From Candidatus Bathyarchaeia archaeon (lineage in GTDB: Archaea; Thermoproteota; Bathyarchaeia; Bathyarchaeales; Bathycorpusculaceae): a stretch of 64,000 nt of DNA. A model generated the notes under the pieces. That model did not search any database, had not been told where the DNA came from, and was given only the letters and a program-made list of their open reading frames with translations. Of this stretch, positions 28,254 to 37,670 are shown one piece after another. Position 1 is the stretch's first letter. Each line of letters opens with the position of its first letter. The translations under genes and the position numbers were made by a program. The stretch is taken from positions 96,001 to 160,000 of the forward strand of contig JBEKTQ010000002.1 in the NCBI GenBank assembly GCA_049515895.1, read 5' to 3'.

Positions 28254-31022
28254 ATGAAAACGCTAAAAAACAAAATTGCAGCCATGACGATTTCGATATT
28301 CTTTATACTTTCAATGACAGCTTCAATGACGCTAATACCAAATGCTAACGCACAAACTCTAGCACCGGGTAAGATAGATATTCAAACCTACGCTTTCATT
28401 CATTGCGGGCCTAATCCAATAGGCGTCGGCCAAACAATCACCGTCGGCTTCTGGATTAACATTCCTCCTCCGACAGCAAGCGGTCCATACGGCGATAGAT
28501 TTACCGGCATGAAGGTTACTGTTACAGCGCCTGATGGAACCAACACTACACTAGGACCGTTTACTTCTGATGACACAGGAGGAACATCTACTACATACAC
28601 TCCTACTGCTACTGGTACGTACAACTTCCAAATGAGCTATCCAGGACAATATTTGACAGGGGGTCCGAACGGCCTCATCCCGACGGCCACCGCGACAATC
28701 AAAGCGTTCGTCGGTGATTACATGGAGCCAGCCATTAGTAATATTTTCTCAGTTACAGTGCAGCAGGCACCAGTAGGAGGAGTCTCAGTAGCTCCTCTTC
28801 CGACATCTTACTGGCAGACACCAATAAATGCAATGAACGTCAATAACTGGTACGTTCTTGGCGGTGCATCCCTTGATGCTGGTGGATACACCACGATTTC
28901 AGGTTCAGCCTATAACGCTTCCTCAAACTATAACCCTTACACTACAGCGCCTCTAACTTCTCACATACTTTGGACAAAACCCGTCGCGTTTGGAGGGGTA
29001 CTCGGAGGGCAATTCGGCGGTACAACAACCTACGGCAATTATTACTCCACATCACAGTACGAAAAAAGATTTGAGCCTATAATAATTAACGGATATCTAT
29101 ACTACACACAACACCCAGGAAGCTCAACCAATCCGACGGCCAACGTTTGCTTAGACTTGTACACTGGACAAACAGTATGGACTGACGATTCCTCCAACTA
29201 CGGCGGCGGTTCTCCAGCGCAAACAGCCCTAACCTCAGCGGGCGTGGTAACGCCTCTATACTTCGGCCAAATACTTGATTTCGTCTCGCCTAACCAGTTC
29301 GGTGGCCTCGCATATCTATGGACTGAAGGAACACTAGCCGGAATGGTCTCGACTGGAACCACATACAACATGTTTGATGCTATGACGGGCAAATACATTC
29401 TGAGCATTGTAAACGGTACTACCATGGGGGCTTCAGGTGCGCCAGGTCCTAACCCTGATAGTGCTGGCAACATGATTGGCTACTATGTTAATAATACCGC
29501 CGGCACACAAGCAGTCATGGGCATAATCAATGACAACATCGGACCATCACCGACAGCGGTTACTATTAGCGGTCCCGCGTTGGAGATGTGGAACTCAACA
29601 GAATGCATTCTGGCAGGAGCATGGGCTACCCAAGCATCGGGCTGGCAATGGAGACCTCCACAAGATGGCGTAATTCCGTTTTCGGGTGGTATAGTGTGGG
29701 CAGTGGCACTTCCTACTAGCATTTCAGGTAACGCAGTGCAGAGTCCGTGGGGGATAGTAGCTGATAGCGATGCAATTGTTCTGAGCTCCTACTCTAGCAC
29801 AAGCGTATCCTCGTACTACATCCCAGGATGGATCCTTTACGCAGGCTACAGCATGACGACAGGGCAACGGCTATGGATAGAAAATGTAACAATTGCACCG
29901 TGGGCTGGAAACGTTAATACTGGATACGCTAGTGGTGACGGCGTTTTTACACTAGCTCTAAAAAGTGTTTACGCAGTAAACGGCTACAGTCAGACTACGG
30001 GAGCGCTGCTTTGGACAACTCAACTCACTGGCGCCAATGGAGCGACCCCTGACAGTTACGACACCGTTGGCGGCTACACTGACGTCATCGCCAACAACAC
30101 TCTTTACTATGCAGGCTTTGGCGGAGACATATGGTCAATAAACATGGCAAATGGAAAAATCAACTGGTACACCAACACAACAGCGCTTCAAGGTCACTCT
30201 GGCACTAACAGTCCCTATGACGTGTGGCCAATATGGGTCTTCGCTGAAGGAGGCGTTGCTGACGGCGTTCTATTCTTGGCAGAGGGACATGAATACAGTC
30301 CGCCGCTATTCCTCGGAGCACAGCAGCTGGCTATCAACTGCACCAACGGGAAACTAGTATGGAGCATAGATGCCTTCGACGTTGACGGCAATCCAACCAC
30401 CGCGTATGGCGTCATGATGGCCCTAAATGCATACGATAACCAAATTTACGCGTATAGCATGGGACCCAGCAAAACTACTATCAGTGCGCCTCAAGTAGGC
30501 ATAACAACTGCAACACCAATAACAATTACAGGTTCAGTCATGGATATTTCGGCAGGCTCATCACAGCAGGCAGTCGCAAAAGCCTTCCCCAACGGATTGC
30601 CATGCGTATCTGACGCTAGCATGTCCGCGTTCATGGAAGCAGTCTATATGCAGCAGCCGATGCCAACTAGCATAACCGGAGTCCCAGTTACAGTATACGT
30701 CTTAGACAGCAACCACAATTACCGTTCAATTGGCACAACCACGACTAACGCAAACGGTTTCTACAGCCTTGCATGGACGCCTGACATCACGGGTAACTAT
30801 ACTGTCACCGCCGTCTTTGCGGGCACAGACGCATACTATGGGTCTTCCGCCAATGCAGCCTTCTACGCCACTTTACCAGCGGCAACAACCGCACCGACAG
30901 CAACACCAGCGACAGGGTTAGCATCCAACACAACCGTCATATACGGCATCGTAGCAATCGCCATCATCATAGTCGTCATCGGCGCAGTACTCGCAATACT
31001 CGTCACAAGAAAACACCCATAA
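28254..31022 (+). CDS. Large exported PQQ-like propeller/Ig-like surface protein with C-terminal TM
   Basis: Signal peptide, PNPIGVGQ Ig-like domain, HILWTKP, TG...W propeller blades, GLPCVSDASM, C-terminal TM plus RKHP. Confidence 0.88.
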   Translation: MKTLKNKIAAMTISIFFILSMTASMTLIPNANAQTLAPGKIDIQTYAFIHCGPNPIGVGQTITVGFWINIPPPTASGPYGDRFTGMKVTVTAPDGTNTTLGPFTSDDTGGTSTTYTPTATGTYNFQMSYPGQYLTGGPNGLIPTATATIKAFVGDYMEPAISNIFSVTVQQAPVGGVSVAPLPTSYWQTPINAMNVNNWYVLGGASLDAGGYTTISGSAYNASSNYNPYTTAPLTSHILWTKPVAFGGVLGGQFGGTTTYGNYYSTSQYEKRFEPIIINGYLYYTQHPGSSTNPTANVCLDLYTGQTVWTDDSSNYGGGSPAQTALTSAGVVTPLYFGQILDFVSPNQFGGLAYLWTEGTLAGMVSTGTTYNMFDAMTGKYILSIVNGTTMGASGAPGPNPDSAGNMIGYYVNNTAGTQAVMGIINDNIGPSPTAVTISGPALEMWNSTECILAGAWATQASGWQWRPPQDGVIPFSGGIVWAVALPTSISGNAVQSPWGIVADSDAIVLSSYSSTSVSSYYIPGWILYAGYSMTTGQRLWIENVTIAPWAGNVNTGYASGDGVFTLALKSVYAVNGYSQTTGALLWTTQLTGANGATPDSYDTVGGYTDVIANNTLYYAGFGGDIWSINMANGKINWYTNTTALQGHSGTNSPYDVWPIWVFAEGGVADGVLFLAEGHEYSPPLFLGAQQLAINCTNGKLVWSIDAFDVDGNPTTAYGVMMALNAYDNQIYAYSMGPSKTTISAPQVGITTATPITITGSVMDISAGSSQQAVAKAFPNGLPCVSDASMSAFMEAVYMQQPMPTSITGVPVTVYVLDSNHNYRSIGTTTTNANGFYSLAWTPDITGNYTVTAVFAGTDAYYGSSANAAFYATLPAATTAPTATPATGLASNTTVIYGIVAIAIIIVVIGAVLAILVTRKHP

Positions 31023-31290
31023 ACGGCAAAACCAAACAAAAACATCAACTTCCCCTTTTTTAGTCCTTCAAAAATAATGGAGAGAAAATGGGGCTGAATA
31101 GGCTCTGGTTAAATCTAACAATCAAAGGCAAAAGCTGCAGTTGAACAATTTGCATTTAATCTTTTCTTCTTAAAATTCGGGTCCAGAGCCCCAGCAAACC
31201 CATTTTTACTTAATTGAAGATCTTTTTAATTAGCATAATTTTGGCAATTTTTTGAAATTAAAAATAGTTTTTACACAGTCTCAGGCAGGT

Positions 31291-31980
31291 TCAAGCCGCA
31301 AAGATTATCGGGTATATTTCTTTAGTGATGTATTCGGTGTATTTGTTTTTGTCTGCGGTGTTGAATATGGTGACCGATGCGTCTCGGGTGATGCCAACGA
31401 CATATCCAGTTTCTTTGGATTTGGCGACGATGTACCAGAGTTTGCCATGTTTAGTGTAGTCGTCGAAGAGCTGGGTGTTTGAAAGGTCTGGTCCGTACAG
31501 TGACAGTTTGTCCACGTTGGGTATGTCTACATCGTCAAAGAAGGTTATCTTTGTGCCTTCGGGGTTCTTGAGGTGGAACTCTTTTATGGTTTCAGGCGTG
31601 ATGCAAGCTTCGACTATAATGCCGACTTTTTCAAAGAGGACTTCTCCGAGTTTGTTGGCGACGAAGTTGGCGATGCGTTTCCTTTCGACCACCGTTAGAA
31701 ATGTTGTACCCTGAATTTTGGAGAAACTGAACATGGCTTCGATAGTTTGAGGCAAGGGTGCTCGTGTCCCTCGGTGGAAAGCGTATGTTACGTAGTCATT
31801 CGAGTAGACGCCATTGAGCATGTTCGCTTTCTGCTGAAGACCTACTACTTCACTTATGAGCGTAAAATTATTGTTGCCTTCCTCAAATGGCGTTTCAACG
31901 TGGTAACCGTTAAGATTCGAGGCAATATCAGCTATCGACATAGGTTGGGAGACCGTAAAAATTTTCCCAGCAACAACCAT
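31291..31980 (-). CDS. Conserved archaeal hypothetical protein
   Basis: 229-aa ORF; FFDDVDIPNVDKLSLYGPDL...HGKLWY...VVGITRD pattern. Confidence 0.8.
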   Translation of the reverse strand: MVVAGKIFTVSQPMSIADIASNLNGYHVETPFEEGNNNFTLISEVVGLQQKANMLNGVYSNDYVTYAFHRGTRAPLPQTIEAMFSFSKIQGTTFLTVVERKRIANFVANKLGEVLFEKVGIIVEACITPETIKEFHLKNPEGTKITFFDDVDIPNVDKLSLYGPDLSNTQLFDDYTKHGKLWYIVAKSKETGYVVGITRDASVTIFNTADKNKYTEYITKEIYPIIFAA

Positions 31981-32050
31981 AACCGTTTCCCGCGAATATA
32001 ATGGTAATTGCGGATGCTTAAATATTGTTTCGGCTTGAACCTATTGAGAG

Positions 32051-32125
32051 TGGGCCGAGCCGGACTTGAACCGGCGACCTTTGGCTCGTAAAGCCAACGT
32101 CCTAACCAAGCTAGACGACCGGCCC
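32051..32125 (-). tRNA. tRNA-Val (anticodon TAC), CCA not encoded
   Basis: GGGCCGG/TCGGCCC acceptor stem, TTGGC-TTTACGA-GCCAA anticodon arm, GCCGG-TTCAAGT-CCGGC T arm. Confidence 0.96.
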
Positions 32126-32217
32126 GCACAATTTGCTTATTCAAGGCTTGATTGAAGCTGTGTGTATTATGAAACTAAGTTGGTTCCATATTAGAATTTT
32201 CGTTGGGCTAAAGCCAA

Positions 32218-33147
32218 CTACGCTTTAGATTTTGCTTTTGCAGTGTTGAACGTTACCATGAAGACGCCTATGAAGATCAGGATTGCGCCCGCGATGACTG
32301 AAGGGTAGAGGACTTCGTTGATAAACATCACGGCGAAAACCGCAGTTATTAAGGGCTCGGCGAACAGAAATGTGCTTGCTGTTGCTCCCGCTTTCTTGAG
32401 CACGTAGAACCAGATGAAGTACCCGAGCAGCGAGCAAGTTGAAGCCAGGTACAATATACTTAACCAATCGTTGAGGGTCATGCTAAAGAGCTGCATGAAG
32501 GAGCCTTCAGCAAGCGAAAACGGCATTAGGCATGCTCCTCCAAGCAGGCTGACGTAGGCGACCACGAGGAAGGCATCGTATTTCTGCATGATTTTTTGCC
32601 CCAGCAAACTGTAGGTCGCCCACATGATGGGAGTTGAAAGCAAAATCAAGGTGCCGATTAAGAAGTTCATGCTTCCCTCAAGATTTAGGAGGTCAGCTAA
32701 GACAACGAGCAATGTGCCAGCGGCAGCAATTGCGATGCCGATGATCTGCTTTTTTCTCAACTGGTCGCCGAACAGCCTAGCCGAGAAAATAGTGATCAAT
32801 ATGGGCGACAGAAGGCAAACCATAATTGCGGCTATTGAGGCTCCAGCGAGCTGAATCCCCGTGTACTGTACGGTGAAAAAAAACGTTACGCCGGTAAGCG
32901 CTAGCGCCAGCAAAACCAGCAGGTCTTTCCGCTCGATGCTTAGTCGGTAAGCTGGGCTCACCCGCTTCTTTAAAGCCAGCGCGACAAGGAAGAGTGCACC
33001 TGCTAAAAGAAACCGAAAAGTTGCTACTGCGATGGGCGTCAATCCATCATCCAGAAGCTGCTTGACAACCACGAAGGAGCTTCCCCAGAAAATAATCAGC
33101 AAAACCATTAAGAAAGCCTGAAAAGGACTGATTGAACGGGAAGCCAT
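32218..33147 (-). CDS. DMT/EamA family transporter
   Basis: About 10 TM helices, FWGSSFVVVK, FRF, duplicated EamA halves. Confidence 0.92.
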   Translation of the reverse strand: MASRSISPFQAFLMVLLIIFWGSSFVVVKQLLDDGLTPIAVATFRFLLAGALFLVALALKKRVSPAYRLSIERKDLLVLLALALTGVTFFFTVQYTGIQLAGASIAAIMVCLLSPILITIFSARLFGDQLRKKQIIGIAIAAAGTLLVVLADLLNLEGSMNFLIGTLILLSTPIMWATYSLLGQKIMQKYDAFLVVAYVSLLGGACLMPFSLAEGSFMQLFSMTLNDWLSILYLASTCSLLGYFIWFYVLKKAGATASTFLFAEPLITAVFAVMFINEVLYPSVIAGAILIFIGVFMVTFNTAKAKSKA

Positions 33148-33286
33148 GCGTCAAAATACGGCCGATTGCCTTTTAAGCGTTAAACCCGCCTCAATTGATT
33201 TTAACATGAAAAGGCAGATGAGCCCTTAGTTTGTTTGAGACGGATTTATATATCAAGCTGAACTTAGCTTTTTTAGGTGAACAATT

Positions 33287-33745
33287 TTGGTTTCTCAAAA
33301 ACTTTTAGATTATTTAAACAAAGCCATAGCTCGCGAACTCCAAGTCAGCATTCAGTACATGTGGCAGCACGTACAAGTTACAGGGTTGGACGGCGCTATC
33401 GTGGAAGACATTTTCCGCAAGATAGCTATCGCTGAAATGAAGCATGCCGAACGCTTAGCTGAACAGCTCGACTACCTCAACGGCGTGCCCACAACCCAGC
33501 CTGAACCCATTTTTGTCGGCGGCAGCCTCGTCGAAATGCTCAGGCAGGACCAGGTTGAGGAGGAGGTAGCCATCGAGCTCTATAAGGAGGCAATACAGGT
33601 TGCGCATCAAGAGGGCGACTACACCACAAGACGGTTGCTTGAAGAGATTCTGGCGGATGAGGAAACGCACATTAACACTTTTGGTAAGCTGCTTGTCGGC
33701 ATGACGGAACCATTCACACAACCAGGAACATCCCAATTGGGATAA
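33287..33745 (+). CDS. Bacterioferritin/ferritin-like diiron protein
   Basis: ARELQVSIQY, EMKHAE, EEVAIELY, DEETH ferroxidase pattern. Confidence 0.9.
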   Translation: MVSQKLLDYLNKAIARELQVSIQYMWQHVQVTGLDGAIVEDIFRKIAIAEMKHAERLAEQLDYLNGVPTTQPEPIFVGGSLVEMLRQDQVEEEVAIELYKEAIQVAHQEGDYTTRRLLEEILADEETHINTFGKLLVGMTEPFTQPGTSQLG

Positions 33746-33933
33746 CAAAACAAATGTCTATGGTCAGCCAAACTTAAGCTTAGAAGTACGACAAGCATTT
33801 TTTGTTTGTTGTTGTTCTACTTTTAATAATCCAAATTAATAGCTATCAATATGTCTCTCGTTTCGCCAATTCTAATGTTCCATAAGGCTCAAGCAATACA
33901 CATATATCAACGCGGGCAGATGGGTGTTGTTCA

Positions 33934-35748
33934 TTGGTGCCAAGCTTGGATGATTCTGTTTTTTTGAGATGCCCAGTTTGTGGAATCCAGATAGATACGG
34001 AGAACTTGGCATCAAGAATCGAAGCGGCGTGCGAAAGTTTCGGGGGCAAAAAACACTGTTTCTGCAGCGAAAACTGTCGACGACACTTTCTAGAAGACCC
34101 CCGAATTGCGTACTTCTCAATGGAAATCGGTATTTCAAGTAAAATGCCGACGTACAGCGGCGGATTAGGAGTCTTAGCGGGGGACATAGTGAAATCCAGC
34201 GCGGACCTGCGACTGCAGATGGTGGCCATCACACTTGCAAGTAGAAAAGGTTACTTCAGACAAAAACTCACTGAGCATGGGGACCAGCTTGAGTTTCCTG
34301 ACGAGTGGGACCCAGCGAAAACCTTAACTCGTATGCCCAATGTTGTCACCGTAACCATTGAAGGTCGCCCCGTCAAAGTGCAAGCTTGGCTTCATGAGTA
34401 CCAGAGCCCTACGGGGGGTATGGTGCCAATTCTCTTTCTGGACACCGATATGGAAGAGAACTTTCCTGAAGACAGAAGGATCACAGATTCATTGTACGGC
34501 GGCGACAAAAGCTACAGGCTAAAACAAGAGATCGTTCTTGGCATTGGCGGCACTAAACTCCTAAGGAACTTGCCCTTCAAAATCCGAAAGTACCACATGA
34601 ACGAAGGTCACTCCAGCCTACTGACACTTGAACTGCTGAAAGAGAATGACATGGACGCCGAAAAAGTGCAAAACCTATGCGTTTTCACAACGCACAGCCC
34701 GGTGGAAGCCGCATTCGATCAGTTCTCATATGAACTTGTCCAGCAAATGCTTGACAAAGAATACCCATTGGCTGAAATGAAGCAGTATGCGGGAACAGAA
34801 AACCTCAACATGGCTTTCCTATCATTAAACTTAAGTAAATACATAAACGGCGTTTCCATGGCGCACGTGGATTATTCTAGAAAACTTTTTCCAGGTCGTT
34901 ACATTCGAGCGGTTACAAACGGAGTCCATTCTGCCACATGGACGAGCCTTTACTTCAGGCAGCTTTTCGACAAATACATTCCGGGCTGGACTAACGAACC
35001 CATACTTCTTGCTAGAGCCAGCGAGATTCCGAACCGAGAAGTTTGGGACGCCCACTATAAAGCGAAAACGGACCTACTGACTTTTGTTGAAAAAACCAAT
35101 GGGGTAACATTGGATCCTCAAGCTTTGACAATTGGCTTTGCTAGAAGAGCCACAGGATATAAACGTGCAACTCTCATTTTCACCGACCTGCATAGGCTAA
35201 CAGACATCAATCGGAAAGAAAAAATCCAAATGATATTCGCTGGAAAAGCACACCCAAAAGACATTGACGGAAAGAAGCTCATAAGGCAAATCCACGATTA
35301 CGCTCGTACACTGAAAGACCAAGTAAAGATAGTTTACTTGGAGAATTATGACATGGACATCGCGGCGAAACTGACTTCAGGCGTTGACGTCTGGCTGAAC
35401 ACGCCTTTACCGCCTTTTGAGGCTTCCGGAACCAGCGGTATGAAAGCTGCCCACAACGGTGTCGTAAACTTCAGTGTCCTCGATGGTTGGTGGATGGAAG
35501 GCTGCATCGAAGGTGTGACTGGCTGGGCAATAGGTCCACACCCAAGAGAATTGTTTGCTGAAAGTGAGAGAAGAGAACTAGAACTCCAAGATCTCTACAG
35601 CAAACTCGAATACCTAATAGTTCCAACATTCTACACGCAGAAAGATGCTTGGATAAATCTTATGAAAAACTCTATCGCAAAAATAGCCTACTACTTCGAG
35701 ACCCAATGGGTTGTGCGAAGATACATCACGGAAGCCTACCTCATCTAA
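33934..35748 (+). CDS. glgP: Alpha-glucan (glycogen/maltodextrin) phosphorylase with N-terminal YHS/TRASH-like domain
   Basis: AYFSMEIG, YSGGLGVLAGD, HMNEGH, FARRATGYKR, EASGTSGMKA; N-terminal CPVCG...FCSENC..HF. Confidence 0.92.
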   Translation: MVPSLDDSVFLRCPVCGIQIDTENLASRIEAACESFGGKKHCFCSENCRRHFLEDPRIAYFSMEIGISSKMPTYSGGLGVLAGDIVKSSADLRLQMVAITLASRKGYFRQKLTEHGDQLEFPDEWDPAKTLTRMPNVVTVTIEGRPVKVQAWLHEYQSPTGGMVPILFLDTDMEENFPEDRRITDSLYGGDKSYRLKQEIVLGIGGTKLLRNLPFKIRKYHMNEGHSSLLTLELLKENDMDAEKVQNLCVFTTHSPVEAAFDQFSYELVQQMLDKEYPLAEMKQYAGTENLNMAFLSLNLSKYINGVSMAHVDYSRKLFPGRYIRAVTNGVHSATWTSLYFRQLFDKYIPGWTNEPILLARASEIPNREVWDAHYKAKTDLLTFVEKTNGVTLDPQALTIGFARRATGYKRATLIFTDLHRLTDINRKEKIQMIFAGKAHPKDIDGKKLIRQIHDYARTLKDQVKIVYLENYDMDIAAKLTSGVDVWLNTPLPPFEASGTSGMKAAHNGVVNFSVLDGWWMEGCIEGVTGWAIGPHPRELFAESERRELELQDLYSKLEYLIVPTFYTQKDAWINLMKNSIAKIAYYFETQWVVRRYITEAYLI

Positions 35749-35813
35749 AACCCAACGCCAAATCGAGCTACTTACAAATCGAAAGAACCAAACAAAAATA
35801 AAAGGAAAACTGC

Positions 35814-37160
35814 TTAGCGCAGTTTCATTATCACCAGTTCTGCGGCTAAAACCATGGGTTCCCATGTTTCGCATAGTGGCGGTGCATAGGCTGTGTCGGC
35901 TTTCGCCAATTCCCTAACGGTCATTTGCTTTTGTATAGCGAATGATAGCGCGTTTATGCGTTGGGTGACTTCTTCTCCTCCGACTATTTGGGCTCCGATT
36001 ATTCGCTCTGATTCTTTCTCAACGATAAGTTTTACTTTGATGGGCTTAGCCGATGGGTAGTAATCAGCTTTTGTCTTGCTACTGATCGTGCCCGTGACCA
36101 CCTCGAGTCTGTTACGTGCAGCCGCCGTTTCGCTTATGCCTGTTGAGCCCGCCTCAACTTCGAAGAGCCTGGTCACAGCCGATGCAAGGACACCTGAGAA
36201 CTGCGAGTAGCCGCCGCCTGCGTTCGATCCCGCGACTTTGCCTTCCCGAACCGCAATCGTGCCAAGTTGAGCGCAAGTTGGCCTGTGCGTAATGATGTTG
36301 GGAGCTTCAGCGCAGTCGCCTACTGCGTAAACGTCTTTCACGTCTGTTTCCATGCGTGCGTTTGTCTTGATCGCTCTTGTTTCCCCTAAAGGTATGCCTG
36401 CGTCAGAGGCGAGTTTCGTGTTGGCCCTTACGCCAAAGGAGCTAACGAAAAGGTCAGCTTCAATTTTTTCGCCTCCAGCTATGATAGCTGTGACTTTGTT
36501 TTCGCCGAGAAATTCTTCAACGGGTTTGCTGAGGAGAATAACCATGCCTTTCTCTTGCAGGTGAACTGCAACCTGTTGCGCCATGTCCGCGTCAAGCAGC
36601 TGAGGAAGAATTTGAGGCAACATCTCAACGACCGTGACTTTTAGTCCACGTTCGATCAATGCGACGCCTAGTTCCAGCCCTATTAAGCCTGCGCCCATAA
36701 TAACCGCTGACTTCGCGCCTGCTTTTACGGCCGCATCAATTTTCTCGCCGTCCTCGATGCCCCGGAGGCTTAGCACCCCAGGTTTTTCCCTGCCCTTAAT
36801 CGGGGGAGTGAAAGAGTCGGCGCCGGTGGAAATAACCAGGCTGTCATACTGGAGAACCTCGGTGGATCCTTCTTTAGTTACGACGGTCACAGTTTTTTCT
36901 TTGGTGTTAATGGCTGTGGCTTTTGTTTCATTACGCAGGTTTAGCTTTAGCATCTGAAAGTAAGCTGGTGGATAAACAACCAAATCGTAGAAGCCCGGTA
37001 TTTGTCCACCAATTACAAAAGGCAATCCGCAGCGTGAGTATCCAGCGGTTTTTTCCTGCGTTATTAGCGTGATTTCGGCGGCACGGTCTTTTTTGCGTGC
37101 GGCTGAAGCTGCTTCCACTCCTGCAGCGTTGGCGCCGATGACTATTACGCGCTTTGCCAT
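35814..37160 (-). CDS. FAD-dependent pyridine nucleotide-disulfide oxidoreductase (NADH oxidase/CoA-disulfide reductase type)
   Basis: GANAAG, single active-site Cys in YSRCGLP, GAGLIGLE, YAVGDCAE, YAPP. Confidence 0.9.
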   Translation of the reverse strand: MAKRVIVIGANAAGVEAASAARKKDRAAEITLITQEKTAGYSRCGLPFVIGGQIPGFYDLVVYPPAYFQMLKLNLRNETKATAINTKEKTVTVVTKEGSTEVLQYDSLVISTGADSFTPPIKGREKPGVLSLRGIEDGEKIDAAVKAGAKSAVIMGAGLIGLELGVALIERGLKVTVVEMLPQILPQLLDADMAQQVAVHLQEKGMVILLSKPVEEFLGENKVTAIIAGGEKIEADLFVSSFGVRANTKLASDAGIPLGETRAIKTNARMETDVKDVYAVGDCAEAPNIITHRPTCAQLGTIAVREGKVAGSNAGGGYSQFSGVLASAVTRLFEVEAGSTGISETAAARNRLEVVTGTISSKTKADYYPSAKPIKVKLIVEKESERIIGAQIVGGEEVTQRINALSFAIQKQMTVRELAKADTAYAPPLCETWEPMVLAAELVIMKLR

Positions 37161-37174
37161 ACTGATGCCTTCAA

Positions 37175-37591
37175 CTATTTGGATTGAACCTGACTCTTAT
37201 GCCATTCGACGGCTTTGTCAAAGTCCATTAAATTTGCGAGGTCCGCCTGCAAGTTGGAGGGTCTAACAACAATTAACCAGGCTTTCCCGTATGGGTCCTC
37301 ATTGAGTGTTTCAGGTTTCGACTGGACTTCATCGTTGACCTCCACGATTGTACCGCTTGCTGCGGCAACAAGGTCTGACACGGCTTTAACGGATTCCAGT
37401 GTTCCATAAGGATCGCCCTGCTTGACTTCTGTCCCAACGCTTGGCAACTCGGCGTAAACGATTTCCCTAAGAGCTTTTTGTGCGTAGTCAGTGATGCCCA
37501 TGCGAATCATGTCGCCTTCAATTTTTATCCATTCAAAATCTTTGGAGAAATAGAGCCCTTCGGGCACTTCATATGATTCAACTTTAACCAT
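37175..37591 (-). CDS. gcvH: Glycine cleavage system H protein (lipoyl carrier)
   Basis: GITDYAQ, ESVKAVSD lipoyl-Lys motif, NEDPYGKAW. Confidence 0.95.
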   Translation of the reverse strand: MVKVESYEVPEGLYFSKDFEWIKIEGDMIRMGITDYAQKALREIVYAELPSVGTEVKQGDPYGTLESVKAVSDLVAAASGTIVEVNDEVQSKPETLNEDPYGKAWLIVVRPSNLQADLANLMDFDKAVEWHKSQVQSK

Positions 37592-37670
37592 GCATTTCGA
37601 ACCTTCTAAATACTAATCAGTATCAATTTTGGTTTTCAAGCTATAAAAGGTTTCACAAAAGGAAAAGGGC

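Larger units (their letters stand above)
20977..32072. mobile_element. Tandem integrated islands/cassettes downstream of tRNA-Val(TAC): about 20977-26752 and 26730-32072
   Basis: Two direct repeats of the tRNA 3' end downstream of the tRNA, a tyrosine integrase remnant and surface-protein cargo. Confidence 0.65.

Noticed and set aside
31932-32144. 70-aa ORF
   Set aside because: It is a translation through the tRNA-Val gene
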